Source: Octopus sinensis (taxonomy: Eukaryota). From it: 64,000 nt of DNA. Location of the stretch: contig NC_042997.1 in the NCBI RefSeq assembly GCF_006345805.1, positions 11,470,001-11,534,000 of the forward strand, given 5' to 3'. Below, one piece after another: positions 1 through 12,715 of this stretch. Numbering within the stretch: the stretch's first letter is position 1; every line of letters begins with the position of its first letter. The notes under the pieces were generated by a model. That model did not search any database, was not told where the DNA came from, and was given only the letters and a program-made list of their open reading frames with translations. The position numbers and the translations under genes are program-made.

Positions 1-227
1 TATGTATCCATGGGTGGATGGAAGTGAGGGAGTGTAAAGAAAGATTGTGAAAGATATTGTACATTATTTCTTATTTATATGTGAAAGATAAGTAAAAGCA
101 AAACAAAACACTACAACCCGAGGGTCAAAATCCGATAACGAGATATATAGTCAGAGAAAATTTCAAAAATTCTCTCTTGCTTTACAATTATTTATACCCT
201 CAAAATATTACTCTGCCCCTAACACCG

Positions 228-808
228 TCATCATGTCATTAATACGAGAGACGACATCGTCGTCATCGTTCTCCGCATCTTCCTCCTCAGCATCAGTACC
301 GCCTTCCACCACCACGACCACCGCCGCCGCAGCCTCCACCGCCTCCACCGCCACCGCCACCACCACATCATCATCTACATTATCATCGTCGTCGTTATCG
401 TCGTAGTCGACATAGACATCTTCGCCATTATTCTCTTCCTCCTCCCCTCCATCTCCCCTCCTCTTCATCCTCACCACCACCACCACCACCACCACTACTA
501 CGAGCACCATCACCAGCAACACCACAATCGCCGCCGCCGTTGTCTTGGTCGTCGTCGTCGTCGTCGTCATGGTCATTACCATCGTCATCATTTTGCTCAT
601 CATTATCAATGTCATCGTCGTCGACGTCGCTATCCTCATCATCATCATCATCATCACCACCATCACCATCATCATCCTCCTTACCACATCCCCAACCATC
701 AACTTCGTCGTCGTCGTCGCCATACTCTTAATCATTGCCATCATTTTCCTCCTCCTCCTCCTCATCATCATCATCATCATCTTCATCATCGTCTTCATCC
801 TCATCGTC

Positions 809-844
<36 letters not shown>

Positions 845-1200
845 GTCGTCATCTTCATTTGTCATCGTCTTCATTCCTCTTCATCATCATCATCATCATC
901 ATCGTCATCATCATCACCACCACCATCGTCATCATCATCATCATCACCACCATCGTCACCATCACCACCATCACCACCATTATCATCGTCACCATCATCA
1001 CCATCATCATCACCATCATCATCGTCGTCGTCGTCTTCTTCATTCGTCATCGTCTTCATTCCCCTTCATCCACCACGCTTCACCTCCTTATCGTTGTCGG
1101 CACTGTTTCATACTGCAGCAGTTGCAGCAGCCGCAGCATCAATAGTAGCAGCAGCAGCAGCAGCAGCAGCACTACCACCACCACCACCACCACCATAAAT
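228..1200. repeat. Compound trinucleotide microsatellite field (CAT/CGT/CAC/CAG)n
   Basis: Continuous imperfect (CAT)n, (CGT)n and (CAC)n runs; the poly-S/I/H ORFs here are its translations. Confidence 0.9.
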
Positions 1201-1376
1201 AACAACAACAACAATAGTGACAAGAGCAAGAAGAATATAGAGTAGAGACAAAAGGTGAACTAGATATAAATTGCTTAACAAAATGAAAGACAAAAAAAAA
1301 AACAAAAACAGAAATAATACCAAAATAACAACAGTAGCAGAAACAGCAGCAGCAGCAGCAGCAGCAGCAGCCACAA

Positions 1377-1411
<35 letters not shown>

Positions 1412-1529
1412 TAACAGCAATAACAGAAACAGCTATGCGTAATAGTTTTAATAGGAAAATATTTGTTCCAGAGCTTTATGTGTAAAGCACGCTGGAAATA
1501 ATAAAACGAGAGCGATGACGAAAATGATG

Positions 1530-2507
1530 ATGACGAAAATGGTGATGTCTATGGTGATGGTGATGATTTGTAAGGATAAAAATGATGACAGTGATGTTGG
1601 TTTTGATGATGGCAGTTGATGGTGGTGATGACGATGACGACGACGACGACGATGATGATGATGATGATGATGATGTCAATGATGATGGTGATGACTATGA
1701 TGATGATGATGATAATGACAATGGTGATCTCGATGATGATGATGATGATGACGACGACGACGATGATGATGATGTCAATAATGATGGTGATGACGATGAT
1801 GATGATAATGATGATGATAATGACGATGATGATGATGATGATGATGATGATGATAATGTCAATGGTGATGGTGATGACGATGATGATGATAATGATGATG
1901 ATAATGATGATGATGATAATGATGACGATGATGATGATAATGTCAATGGTGATGACGATGAGGATGATGATAATGGCAATGATGATAATGATGATGATGA
2001 TGATGTCAATGGTGATGGGGATGACGCTGACGATGATGATAATGACGATGATGATGATAATGATGATGATAATGTAAATGGTGATAACGCTGACGATGAT
2101 GATGATAATGACGATGATGATGATAATGATGATGATGTCAATGGTGATGATGATGATGATGATGATGTTAGTGATGATGATGACGATGATGATGATTATG
2201 ATGATGATGTCAACGTTGATGTTGATGACGATGATGATGATGATAATGACGACGACGATGATGATGATGATAATGATGCTGATCATGATCATAGTTAAGA
2301 TGATGCTGACGAAAACGATGTTGCTGATGGATATGACGTTTCTGATGAAGACAATGGTGATGATAGTGATGTCGGTTGGCGGAATGATGATGACGATCAT
2401 GATGATGATAATGACGATAACGACGACGACTATGATGCTGTGATGATGACGATAATGATGGTAGTGATATGATCATGCTAGCAAGAGCTATGATGAGTAT
2501 GATGATG

Positions 2508-2539
<32 letters not shown>

Positions 2540-2623
2540 GACGGTGGTGGTGGTGGTGGTAAAGATTATAGTATTAACGTTATTGGCGATATTGATGCTA
2601 ATTATGTTAATGATGACTAATAT

Positions 2624-2655
<32 letters not shown>

Positions 2656-2840
2656 TCGATGACGATGATACTGTTGGTGACGATGAGGATTATAGTTTTA
2701 ACGTATTAGTGATGACTGGTATTGATGATGATGATGATGATGATGGTGGTGCTAGTGTTGGTGATGATTGATGATTGATGATTGATGATGATGATGTTGG
2801 TGGTAGTGATGATGATGATGTTGATGGTAGTGATGATGAT
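1530..2840. repeat. Compound (GAT/GAC/AAT/GGT)n microsatellite with a recurrent 'gtcaatggtgat' sub-unit
   Basis: Direct reading; the poly-D/poly-M ORFs are its translations. Confidence 0.9.
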
Positions 2841-3141
2841 GGAGGACGTAAAGATCTCGGAATGGGAAGGCAGCACAATGGAGACTTAATGATCCCTTCC
2901 AGAATTCGTTAATGTCTGGCTTAGAACTGAAATGAGATTCGTTAGAAAATGAAGTCTAAGAGAGAGAGAGAAAAAACAACAACAACACAAAAACTACATC
3001 AATAACGTAAAAAAACTAACACATTATGTAAAACTATATAAATATGTAAGCATTAATAAAAAATATTAGAAAAAAATGTATAACAAACAAATGCCGATGA
3101 CGACAACAACAACAAAAACAACAACAACAAAAGCAATGATA

Positions 3142-3173
<32 letters not shown>

Positions 3174-3502
3174 TGTAAATAAAAATACTTGTACTTTATG
3201 TTCAATCCAATTTATTTAAAGCAGCTATTCTCATCGGCGTGTGACTGTGCGTAACTTATATATGTAAAAGTGTAGAAGTGTGCGCGTGTGTATGTGTCTG
3301 TATGTGCCTGTGTAAACCTATACATAATATAATACATACACACACACAGACACACACATATATATATTATATATATATATATATATAATATATATATATA
3401 AATCTTTAAATTGTTTCAGTTTCAAAGCTGCAGTCATATATAATATATATTATATAATATATATAAGTATAATATATATAATATAATGTGTATATATATA
3501 TA

Positions 3503-3712
3503 TATTTCTTTACTACCCACAAGGGGCTAAACACAGAGAGGACAAACAAGGACAGACAAACGGATTAAGTCGATTATATCGACCCCAGTGCGTAACTGGT
3601 ACTTGGTTTATCGACCCAAAAGGATGAAAGGCAAGGTCGACCTCGGCGGAATTTGAACTCAGAACGTAACGGCAGACGAAATACGGCTACGCATTTCGCC
3701 CGGCGTGCTAAC
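3503..3712 (-). mobile_element. tRNA-derived SINE, family A, 5'-truncated
   Basis: Matches other family A copies (28505, 31321, 40961): head gttagcacgccgggcgaaatg, B-box-like gagttcaaattcc, core like gtcgactttgcctttcatcctttcggggtcgataa (resembles Deu/Nin-type cores, from memory), tail gccccttgtggg-rtaaagaaata. Confidence 0.85.
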
Positions 3713-3959
3713 ATTTATCTATCTATCTATCAGTACATCTATCAAGCAATGTATATATATATATATATATATATAAATTTTAAGTAAGGGTATCTAAGAG
3801 ATACCACCATGCTTGATATAGCAGCCAGAACTTGACTCTAAAACCACATTGAGCATATAATTTTAATAATAATTATTACCTTTGAGGTTGTTATTCCTAT
3901 GCTGGCCATCTGATATTTTAAATAACGATCTTATCCTTATATATATATATATATATATC

Positions 3960-4160
3960 GGACTCGCGGTCGCAGGATCGCGGTTTCGATTCCCAGACCG
4001 GGCGTTGTGAGTGTTTATTGACCGAAAACACCTAAAAAAGCTCCACGAGGCTCCGACAGAGGGTGGTGATCCCTGCTGTACTCTTTCACCACTCGTTCTC
4101 CCACTCTTTCTTCTGTTGGCCTGCTCGCTTAGCCAGCGGGGTGGCGTCATTCGAAGGCTA
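3960..4160 (+). mobile_element. tRNA-derived SINE (family C-type head), 3'-truncated at the satellite array
   Basis: ggactcgcggtcgcaggatcgcggtttcgattcccagaccgggcgttgtgagtg... is shared with the copies at 23143-23360 and 50187-50590; the sequence stops at ...attcgaaggcta where the array begins. Confidence 0.8.
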
Positions 4161-7100
4161 AGAGTGTCATTGTTATCTAGTGAACGATATTTCGACATCC
4201 CGTGTGTCTTCAACTGGTTCAAAAAAGAATTTTGTCAATCTACTTTATTTTGGTTAATATATAAAGGATTGAGATAACTCCTCCTGAAGATAAAGAGTCA
4301 AAATTAAAAGAAGAGTGTCATTGTTATTTAGTGAACGATATTTCGACATCCCGTGTGTCTTCAACTGGTTCAAAAAATAAGTTTGTCAATCTACTTTATT
4401 TTGGTTAATATATAAAGGATTGAGGTAACTCCTCCTGAAGATAAAGAGTCAAAATTAAAAGAAGAGTGTCATTGTTATCTAGTGAACGATATTTCGACAT
4501 CCCGTGTGTCTTCAACTGGTTCAAAAAAGAATTTTGTCAATCTACTTTATTTTGGTTAATATATAAAGGATTGAGGTAACTCCTCCTGAAGATAAAGAGT
4601 CAAAATTAAAAGAAGAGTGCCATTGTTATCTAGTGAACGATATTTCGACATCCCGTGTGTCTTCAACTGGTTCAAAAAAGAATTTTGTCAATCTACTTTA
4701 TTTTGGTTAATATATAAAGGATTGAGATAACTCCTCCTGAAGATAAAGAGTCAAAATTAAAAGAAGAGTGTCATTGTTATCTAGTGAACGATATTTCGAC
4801 ATCTTGTGTGTCTTCAACTGGTTCAAAAAATAAGTTTGTCAATCTACTTTATTTTGGTTAATATATAAAGGATTGAGGTAACTCCTCCTGAAGATAAAGA
4901 GTCAAAATTAAAAGAAGAGTGTCATTGTTATCTAGTGAACGATATTTCGACATCCCGTGTGTCTTCAACTGGTTCAAAAAAGAATTTTGTCAATCTACTT
5001 TATTTTGGTTAATATATAAAGGATTGAGGTAACTCCTCCTGAAGATAAAGAGTCAAAATTAAAAGAAGAGTGCCATTGTTATCTAGTGAACGATATTTCG
5101 ACATCCCGTGTGTCTTCACTGGTTCAAAAAAGAATTTTGTCAATCTACTTTATTTTGGTTAATATATAAAGGATTGAGATAACTCCTCCTGAAGATAAAG
5201 AGTCAAAATTAAAAGAAGAGTGTCATTGTTATCTAGTGAACGATATTTCGACATCTCGTGTGTCTTCAACTGGTTCAAAAAATAAGTTTGTCAATCTACT
5301 TTATTTTGGTTAATATATAAAGGATTGAGGTAACTCCTCCTGAAGATATAGAGTCAAAATTAAAAGAAGAGTGCCATTGTTATCTAGTGAACGATATTTC
5401 GACATCCCGTGTGTCTTCAACTGGTTCAAAAAAGAATTTTGTCAATCTACTTTATTTTGGTTAATATATAAAGGATTGAGATAACTCCTCCTGAAGATAA
5501 AGAGTCAAAATTAAAAGAAGAGTGCCATTGTTATTTAGTGAACGATATTTCGACATCTCGTGTGTCTTCAACTGGTTCAAAAAATAAGTTTGTCAATCTA
5601 CTTTATTTTGGTTAATATATAAAGGATTGAGGTAATCCTCCTGAAGATAAAGAGTCAAAATTAAAAGAAGAGTGTCATTGTTATCTAGTGAACGATATTT
5701 CGACATCTTGTGTGTCTTCAACTGGTTCAAAAAAGAATTTTGTCAATCTACTTCATTTTGGTTAATATATAAAGGATTGAGGTAACTCCTCCTGAAGATA
5801 AAGAGTCAAAATTAAAAGAAGAGTGCCATTGTTATTTAGTGAACGATATTTCGACATCCCGTTGTGTCTTCAACTGGTTCAAAAAATAAGTTTGTCAATC
5901 TACTTTATTTTGGTTAATATATAAAGGATTGAGGTAACTCCTCCTGAAGATAAAGAGTCAAAATTAAAAGAAGTGTGTCATTGTTATCTAGTGAACGATA
6001 TTTCGACATCCGTGTGTCTTCAACTGGTTCAAAAAAGAATTTTGTCAATCTACTTTTTTTGGTTAATATATAAAGGATTGAGGTAACTCCTCCTGAAGAT
6101 AAAGAGTCAAAATTAAAAGAAGAGTGCCATTGTTATCTAGTGAACGATATTTCGACATCCCGTGTGTCTTCAACTGGTTCAAAAAAGAATTTTGTCAATC
6201 TACTTTATTTTGGTTAATATATAAAGGATTGAGGTAACTCCTCCTGAAGATAAAGAGTCAAAATTAAAAGAAGAGTGCCATTGTTATCTAGTGAACGATA
6301 TTTCGACATCCCGTGTGTCTTCAACTGGTTCAAAAAAGAATTTTGTCAATCTACTTTATTTTGGTTAATATATAAAGGATTGAGATAACTCCTCCTGAAG
6401 ATAAAGAGTCAAAATTAAAAGAAGAGTGCCATTGTTATTTAGTGAACGATATTTCGACATCTCGTGTGTTTTCAATGGTTCAAAAAATAAGTTTGTCAAT
6501 CTACTTTATTTTGGTTAATATATAAAGATTGAGGTAATCCTCCTGAAGATAAAGAGTCAAAATTAAAAGAAGAGTGTCATTGTTATCTAGTGAACGATAT
6601 TTCGACATACCGTGTGTCTTCACCTGGTTCAAAAAAGAATTTTGTCAATCTACTTTATTTTGGTTAATATATAAAGGATTGAGGTAACTCCTCCTGAAGA
6701 TAAAGAGTCAAAATTAAAAGAAGAGTGCCATTGTTATCTAGTGAACAATATTTCGACATCCCGTGTGTCTTCAACTGGTTCAAAAAAGAATTTTGTCAAT
6801 CTACTTTATTTGGTTATATATAAAGGATTGAGGTAACTCCTCCTGAAGATAAAGAGTCAAAATATAAAAGAAGAGTGTCATTGTTATCTAGTGAACGATA
6901 TTTCGACATCCCGTGTGTCTTCAACTGGTTCAAAAAAGAATTTTGTCAATCTACTTTATTTTGGTTAATATATAAAGGATTGAGATAACTCCTCCTGAAG
7001 ATAAGAGTCAAAATTAAAAGAAGAGTGTCATTGTTCTAGTGAACGATATTTCGACATCTTGTGTGTCTTCAACTGCTTCAAAAAATAAGTTTGTCAATCT

Positions 7101-10100
7101 ACTTTATTTTGGTTAATATATAAAGGATTGAGGTAACTCCTCCTGAAGATATAGAGTCAAAATAAAAGAAGAGTGCCATTGTTATCTAGTGAACGATATT
7201 TCGACATCCCGTGTGTCTTCAACTGGTTCAAAAAAGAATTTTGTCAATCTACTTTATTTTGGTTATATATAAAGGATTGAGATAACTCCTCCTGAGATAA
7301 AGAGTCAAAATTAAAAGAAGAGTGCCATTGTTATTTAGTGAACGATATTTCGAACATCCCGTGTGTCTTCAACTGGTTCAAAAAATAAGTTTGTCAATCT
7401 ACTTTATTTTGGTTAATATATAAAGGATTGAGGTAATCCTCCTGAAGATAAAGAGTCAAAATTAAAAGAAGAGTGTCATTGTTATCTAGTGAACGATATT
7501 TCGACATCCCGTGTGTCTTCAACTGGTTCAAAAAAGAATTTTGTCAATCTACTTTATTTTGGTTAATATATAAAGGATTGAGATAACTCCTCCTGAAGAT
7601 AAAGAGTCAAAATTAAAAGAAGAGTGCCATTGTTACTTAGTGAACGATATTTCGACATCTCCTGTGTTTTCAACTGGTTCAAAAAATAAGTTTGTCAATC
7701 TACTTTATTTTGGTTAATATATAAAGGATTGAGGTAATCCTCCTGAAGATAAAGAGTCAAAATCAAAAGAAGAGTGTCATTGTTATCTAGTGAACAATAT
7801 TTCGACATACCGTGTGTCTTCAACTGGTTCAAAAAAGAATTTTGTCAATCTACTTTATTTTGGTTAATATATAAAGGATTGAGGTAACTCCTCCTGAAGA
7901 TAAAGAGTCAAAATTAAAAGAAGAGTGCCATTGTTATCTAGTGAACGATATTTCGACATCCCGTGTGTCTTCAACTGGTTCAAAAAAGAATTTTGTCAAT
8001 CTACTTTATTTTGGTTAATATATAAAGGATTGAGGTAACTCCTCCTGAAGATAAAGAGTCAAAATTAAAAGAAGAGTGTCATTGTTATCTAGTGAACGAT
8101 ATTTCGACATCTTGTGTGTCTTCAACTGGTTCAAAAAAGAATTTTGTCAATCTACTTTATTTTGGTTAATATATAAAGGATTGAGATAACTCCTCCTGAA
8201 GATAAAGAGTCAAAATTAAAAGAAGAGTGTCAATGTTATCTAGTGAACGATATTTCGACATCTTGTGTGTCTTCAACTGGTTCAAAAAAGAATTTTGTCA
8301 ATCTACTTTATTTTGGTTAATATATAAAGGATTGAGATAACTCCTCCTGAAGATAAAGAGTCAAAATTAAAAGAAGAGTGTCAATGTTATCTAGTGAACG
8401 ATATTTCGACATCTTGTGTGTCTTCAACTGGTTCAAAAAAGAATTTTGTCAATCTACTTTATTTTGGTTAATATATAAAGGATTGAGGTAACTCCTCCTG
8501 AAGATAAAGAGTCAAAATTAAAAGAAGAGTGTCATTGTTATCTAGTGAACGATATTTCGACATCCCGTGTGTCTTCAACTGGTTCAAAAAAGAATTTTGT
8601 CAATCTACTTTATTTTGGTTAATATATAAAGGATTGAGATAACTCCTCCTGAAGATAAAGAGTCAAAATTAAAAGAAGAGTGTCATTGTTATCTAGTGAA
8701 CGATATTTCGACATCCCGTGTGTCTTCAACTGGTTCAAAAAAGAATTTTGTCAATCTACTTTATTTTGGTTAATATATAAAGGATTGAGATAACTCCTCC
8801 TGAAGATAAAGAGTCAAAATTAAAAGAAGAGTGCCATTGTTATTTAGTGAACGATATTTCGACATCTCGTGTGTCTTCAACTGGTTCAAAAAATAAGTTT
8901 GTCAATCTACTTTATTTTGGTTAATATATAAAGGATTGAGGTAATCCTCCTGAAGATAAAGAGTCAAAATTAAAAGAAGAGTGCCATTGTTTCTAGTGAA
9001 CGATATTTCGACATCCCGTGTGTCTTCAACTGGTTCAAAAAAGAATTTTGTCAATCTACTTCATTTTGGTTAATATATAAAGGATGATGAGGTAACTCCT
9101 CTGAAGATAAAGAGTCAAAATTAAAAGAAGAGTGTCATTGTTATCTAGTGAACGATATTTCGACATCTTGTGTGTCTTCAACTGGTTCAAAAAAGAATTT
9201 TGTCAATCTACTTTATTTTGGTTAATATATAAAGGATTGAGATAACTCCTCCTGAAGATAAAGAGTCAAAATTAAAAGAAGAGTGTCAATGTTATCTAGT
9301 GAACGATATTTCGACATCTTGTGTGTCTTCAACTGGTTCAAAAAAGAATTTTGTCAATCTACTTTATTTTGGTTAATATATAAAGGATTGAGGTAATCCT
9401 CCTGAAGATAAAGAGTCAAAATTAAAAGAAGAGTGTCATTGTTATCTAGTGAACGATATTTCGACATCCCGTGTGTCTTCAACTGGTTCAAAAAAGAATT
9501 TTGTCAATCTACTTTATTTTGGTTAATATATAAAGGATTGAGATAACTCCTCCTGAAGATAAAGAGTCAAAATTAAAAGAAGAGTGCCATTGTTATTTAG
9601 TGAACGATATTTCAACATCTCGTGTGTTTTCAACTGGTTCAAAAAATAAGTTTGTCAATCTACTTTATTTTGGTTAATATATAAAGGATTGAGGTAACTC
9701 CTCCTGAAGATAAAGAGTCAAAATTAAAAGAAGAGTGCCATTGTTATTAGTTGAAACGATATTTCGACATCTACCGTGCGTCTTCAACTGGTTCAAAAAA
9801 TAATTTTGTCAATCTACTTTATTTTGGTTAATATAAAAGATTGAGGTAATCCTCTGAAGATAAAGAGTAAAATTAAAAGAAGAGTGTCATTGTTATCTAG
9901 TGAACATATATTTCGACATCATGTGGTCTTCAACTGGTTCAAAAAAGAATTTTGTCAATCTACTTTATTTTGGTTAATATATAAGGATTGAGGAACTCCT
10001 CCTGAGATAAAGAGTCAAAATTAAAAGAAGAGTGCCATTGTTATCTAGTGAACGATATTTCGACACCCGTGTGTCTTAAACTGGTTCAAAAAAGAATTTT

Positions 10101-12150
10101 GTCAATCTACTTATTTTGGTTAATATATAAAGGATTGAGGTAACTCCTCCTGAAGATAAAGAGTCAAAATTAAAAGAAGAGTGTCATTGTTATTTAGTGA
10201 AACGTGACGATATTTCGACATCTTGTGTGTCTTCAACTGGTTCAAAAAATAGTTTGTCAATTTTTCTTTAGTTGGTTAATATATAAAGGATTGAGGTAAT
10301 CCTCCTGAAGATAAAGAGTCAAAATTAAAAGAAGAGTGTCATTGTATTAGTGAACGATATTTCGACATCCCGTGTGTCTTCAACTGGTTCAAAAAAAGAA
10401 TTTTGTCAATCTACGTTATTTTGGTTAATATATAAAGGATTGAGAACTCCTCCTGAAGATAAAGAGTCAAAATTAAAAGAAGAGTGCCATTGTTATTAGT
10501 GAACGATATTTCGACATCCGTTTGTGTGTTTTCAACTGGTTCAAAAAATAAGTTGTCAATCTACTTTATTTTGGTTAATATATAAAGGATTGAGGTAATC
10601 CTCTGAAGATAAAGAGTCAAAATCAAAAAGAAGAGTGTCATTGTTATCTAGTGAACGATATTTCGACATCTCGTGTGTCTTCAAATGGTTCAAAAAAGAA
10701 TTTTGTCAATCTACTTTATTTGGTTATATATAAAGGATTGAGGTAACTCCTCCTGAAGATAAAGAGTCAAAATTAAAAGAAGAGTGCCCTTATCTAGTGA
10801 ACGATATTTCGACATCCCGTGTGTCTTCAACTGGTTCAAAAAAGAATTTTGTCAATCTACTTTATTTTGGTTAATATATAAAGGATTGAGGTAACTCCTC
10901 CTGAAGATAAAGAGTCAAATTAAAAGAAGAGTGTCCATTGTTATCTAGTGAACGATATTTCGACATCTTGTGTGTCTTCAAATGGTGGTTCAAAAAAGAA
11001 TTTTGTCAATCTACTTTATTTTGGTTAATATATAAAGGATTGAGGATAACTCCTCCTGAAGATAAAGAGTCAAAATTAAAAGAAGAGTGTCATTGTTATC
11101 TAGTGAACGATATTTCGACATCTTGTGTGTCTTCAACTGGTTCAAAAAATATGTTTGTCAATCTACTTTATTTTGGTTAATATATAAAGGATTGAGGTAA
11201 CTCCTCCTGAAGATAAAGAGTCAAAATTAAAAGAAGAGTGCCATTGTTATCTAGTGAACGATATTTCGACATTCCGTGTGTCTTCAACTGGTTCAAAAAA
11301 GAATTTTGTCAATCTACTTCATTTTGGTTAATATATAAAGGATTGAGGTAACTCCTCCTGAAGATAAAGAGTCAAAATTAAAAGAAGAGTGCCATTGTTA
11401 TTTAGTGAACGATATTTCGACATCTTGTGTGTCTTCAACTGGTTCAAAAAATAGTTTGTCAATCTACTTTATTTTGTTAATATATAAAGGATTGAGGTAA
11501 CTCCTCCTGAAGATAAAGAGTCAAAATTAAAAGAAGAGTGCCATTGTTATTTAGTGAACGATATTTCGACATCTTGTGTGTCTTCAACTGGTTCAAAAAA
11601 GAATTTTGTCAATCTACTTTATTTTGGTTAATATATAAAGGATTGAGGTAACTCCTCCTGAAGATAAAGAGTCAAAATTAAAAGAAGAGTGCCATTGTCA
11701 TTTAGTGAACGATATTTCGACATCTTGTGTGTCTTCAACTGGTTCAAAAAATAAGTTTGTCAATCTACTTTATTTTGGTTAATATATAAAGGATTGAGGT
11801 AACTCCTCCTGAAGATAAAGAGTCAAAATTAAAAGAAGAGTGCCATTGTTATTTAGTGAACGATATTTCGACATCTCGTGTGTCTTCAACTGGTTCAAAA
11901 AAGAATTTTGTCAATCTACTTCATTTTGGTTAATATATAAAGGATTGAGGTAACTCCTCCTGAAGATAAAGAGTCAAAATTAAAAGAAGAGTGCCATTGT
12001 TATTTAGTGAACGATATTTCGACATCTTGTGTGTCTTCAACTGGTTCAAAAAATAAGTTTGTCAATCTACTTTATTTTGGTTAATATATAAAGGATTGAG
12101 GTAACTCATCCTGAAGATATAGAGTCAAAATTTAAAGAAGAGTGCCATTG
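4160..12150. repeat. Tandem array of a 151-bp monomer, ~53 copies
   Basis: aagagtg(t/c)cattg recurs at 4160, 4311, 4462...; 7991 bp / 151 = ~53. Monomers differ at a few recurrent sites. 151 is not a multiple of 3, so there is no continuous ORF. Confidence 0.97.
4181..4221 (-). ncRNA. Minimal type-I hammerhead-like motif (first of ~53 copies, one per monomer)
   Basis: Minus strand reads tgaac-CAGTTGA-A-gaca(cacggga)tgtc-GAAA-TATC-gttca: 5-bp stem I, 4-bp stem II, palindromic ATAT stem III and an AUC triplet. The core differs from CUGANGA at two positions. Confidence 0.55.
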
Positions 12151-12153
12151 AAA

Positions 12154-12433
12154 ATGCCAAATAAAATAGATGACAATAACGGTATGAATGGAACTGGAAC
12201 AAATGGTGAAGGTGCCGCAATCGGTAGGTGTCCCACTGTGCAGCAGGATGCGCCCAGTCGTAATCCAGCAACTGCTAGCCATTCTACAAGTCATAAGAAG
12301 AGTAAATAAGTAACTGCAAGAATTCTTCGCAGGGTTCTTGAAGCATGACTAGGAAATAAGTGTCATCTTAATCTGCTGGCTGTGGCCAGCTGACACTCTC
12401 TATCACACCCAGCAAAATAAGCTGTCAGTTTTC
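12154..12433 (+). mobile_element. Internally deleted R4/Dong-clade LINE (N-terminus fused to C-terminus, plus 3' UTR)
   Basis: ATG at 12154 gives MPNKIDDNNG...QQDAPSRNPATASHSTSHKKSK* then in-frame VTARILRRVLEA* (stop 12346-12348), matching the C-terminus of the Dong ORF at 13382 (TGTAHVLRRALSL*). 3' UTR hairpin gctggc-tgtg-gccagc at 12375-12390, followed by (GAT)n. Confidence 0.65.
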
Positions 12434-12572
12434 TGATGATGATGATGGTGGTGGTGGTGGTGGTGGTGGTGGTGGTGGTGGTGATGATGATGATGATGAT
12501 GATGATGACGATGATGATGATGATGAAGAAGAAGAAGAAGAAGAAGAAGAAGAAGAAGAAGAAGAAGAAGAA

Positions 12573-12667
<95 letters not shown>

Positions 12668-12715
12668 GATGATGATGATGAAGAAAAGAAGAAGAAGAAG
12701 AAGAAGAAGAAGAAG
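12434..12715. repeat. (GAT)n/(GGT)n/(GAA)n microsatellite between two Dong fragments
   Basis: Direct reading. Confidence 0.95.

Noticed and set aside
1582-2298. 238-aa poly-Asp ORF with a short hydrophobic start, resembling acidic biomineralisation proteins such as aspein
   Set aside because: It lies wholly within a (GAT)n field that continues beyond both ends and is open in several frames and both strands; there is no unique domain or real signal peptide.
470-2800. (CAT)n field facing a (GAT)n field as a giant inverted repeat
   Set aside because: Complementarity is only at the level of simple repeats; no unique sequence is mirrored.
4281-4290. CTGAAGA on the plus strand of the monomer as a hammerhead core
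   Set aside because: No stem II or GAAA follows on that strand; only the minus-strand motif folds.
4160-12150. CRISPR-like array or repetitive protein gene
   Set aside because: There are no unique spacers or cas genes, the context is eukaryotic, and the 151-bp unit shifts frame with stops in every frame.
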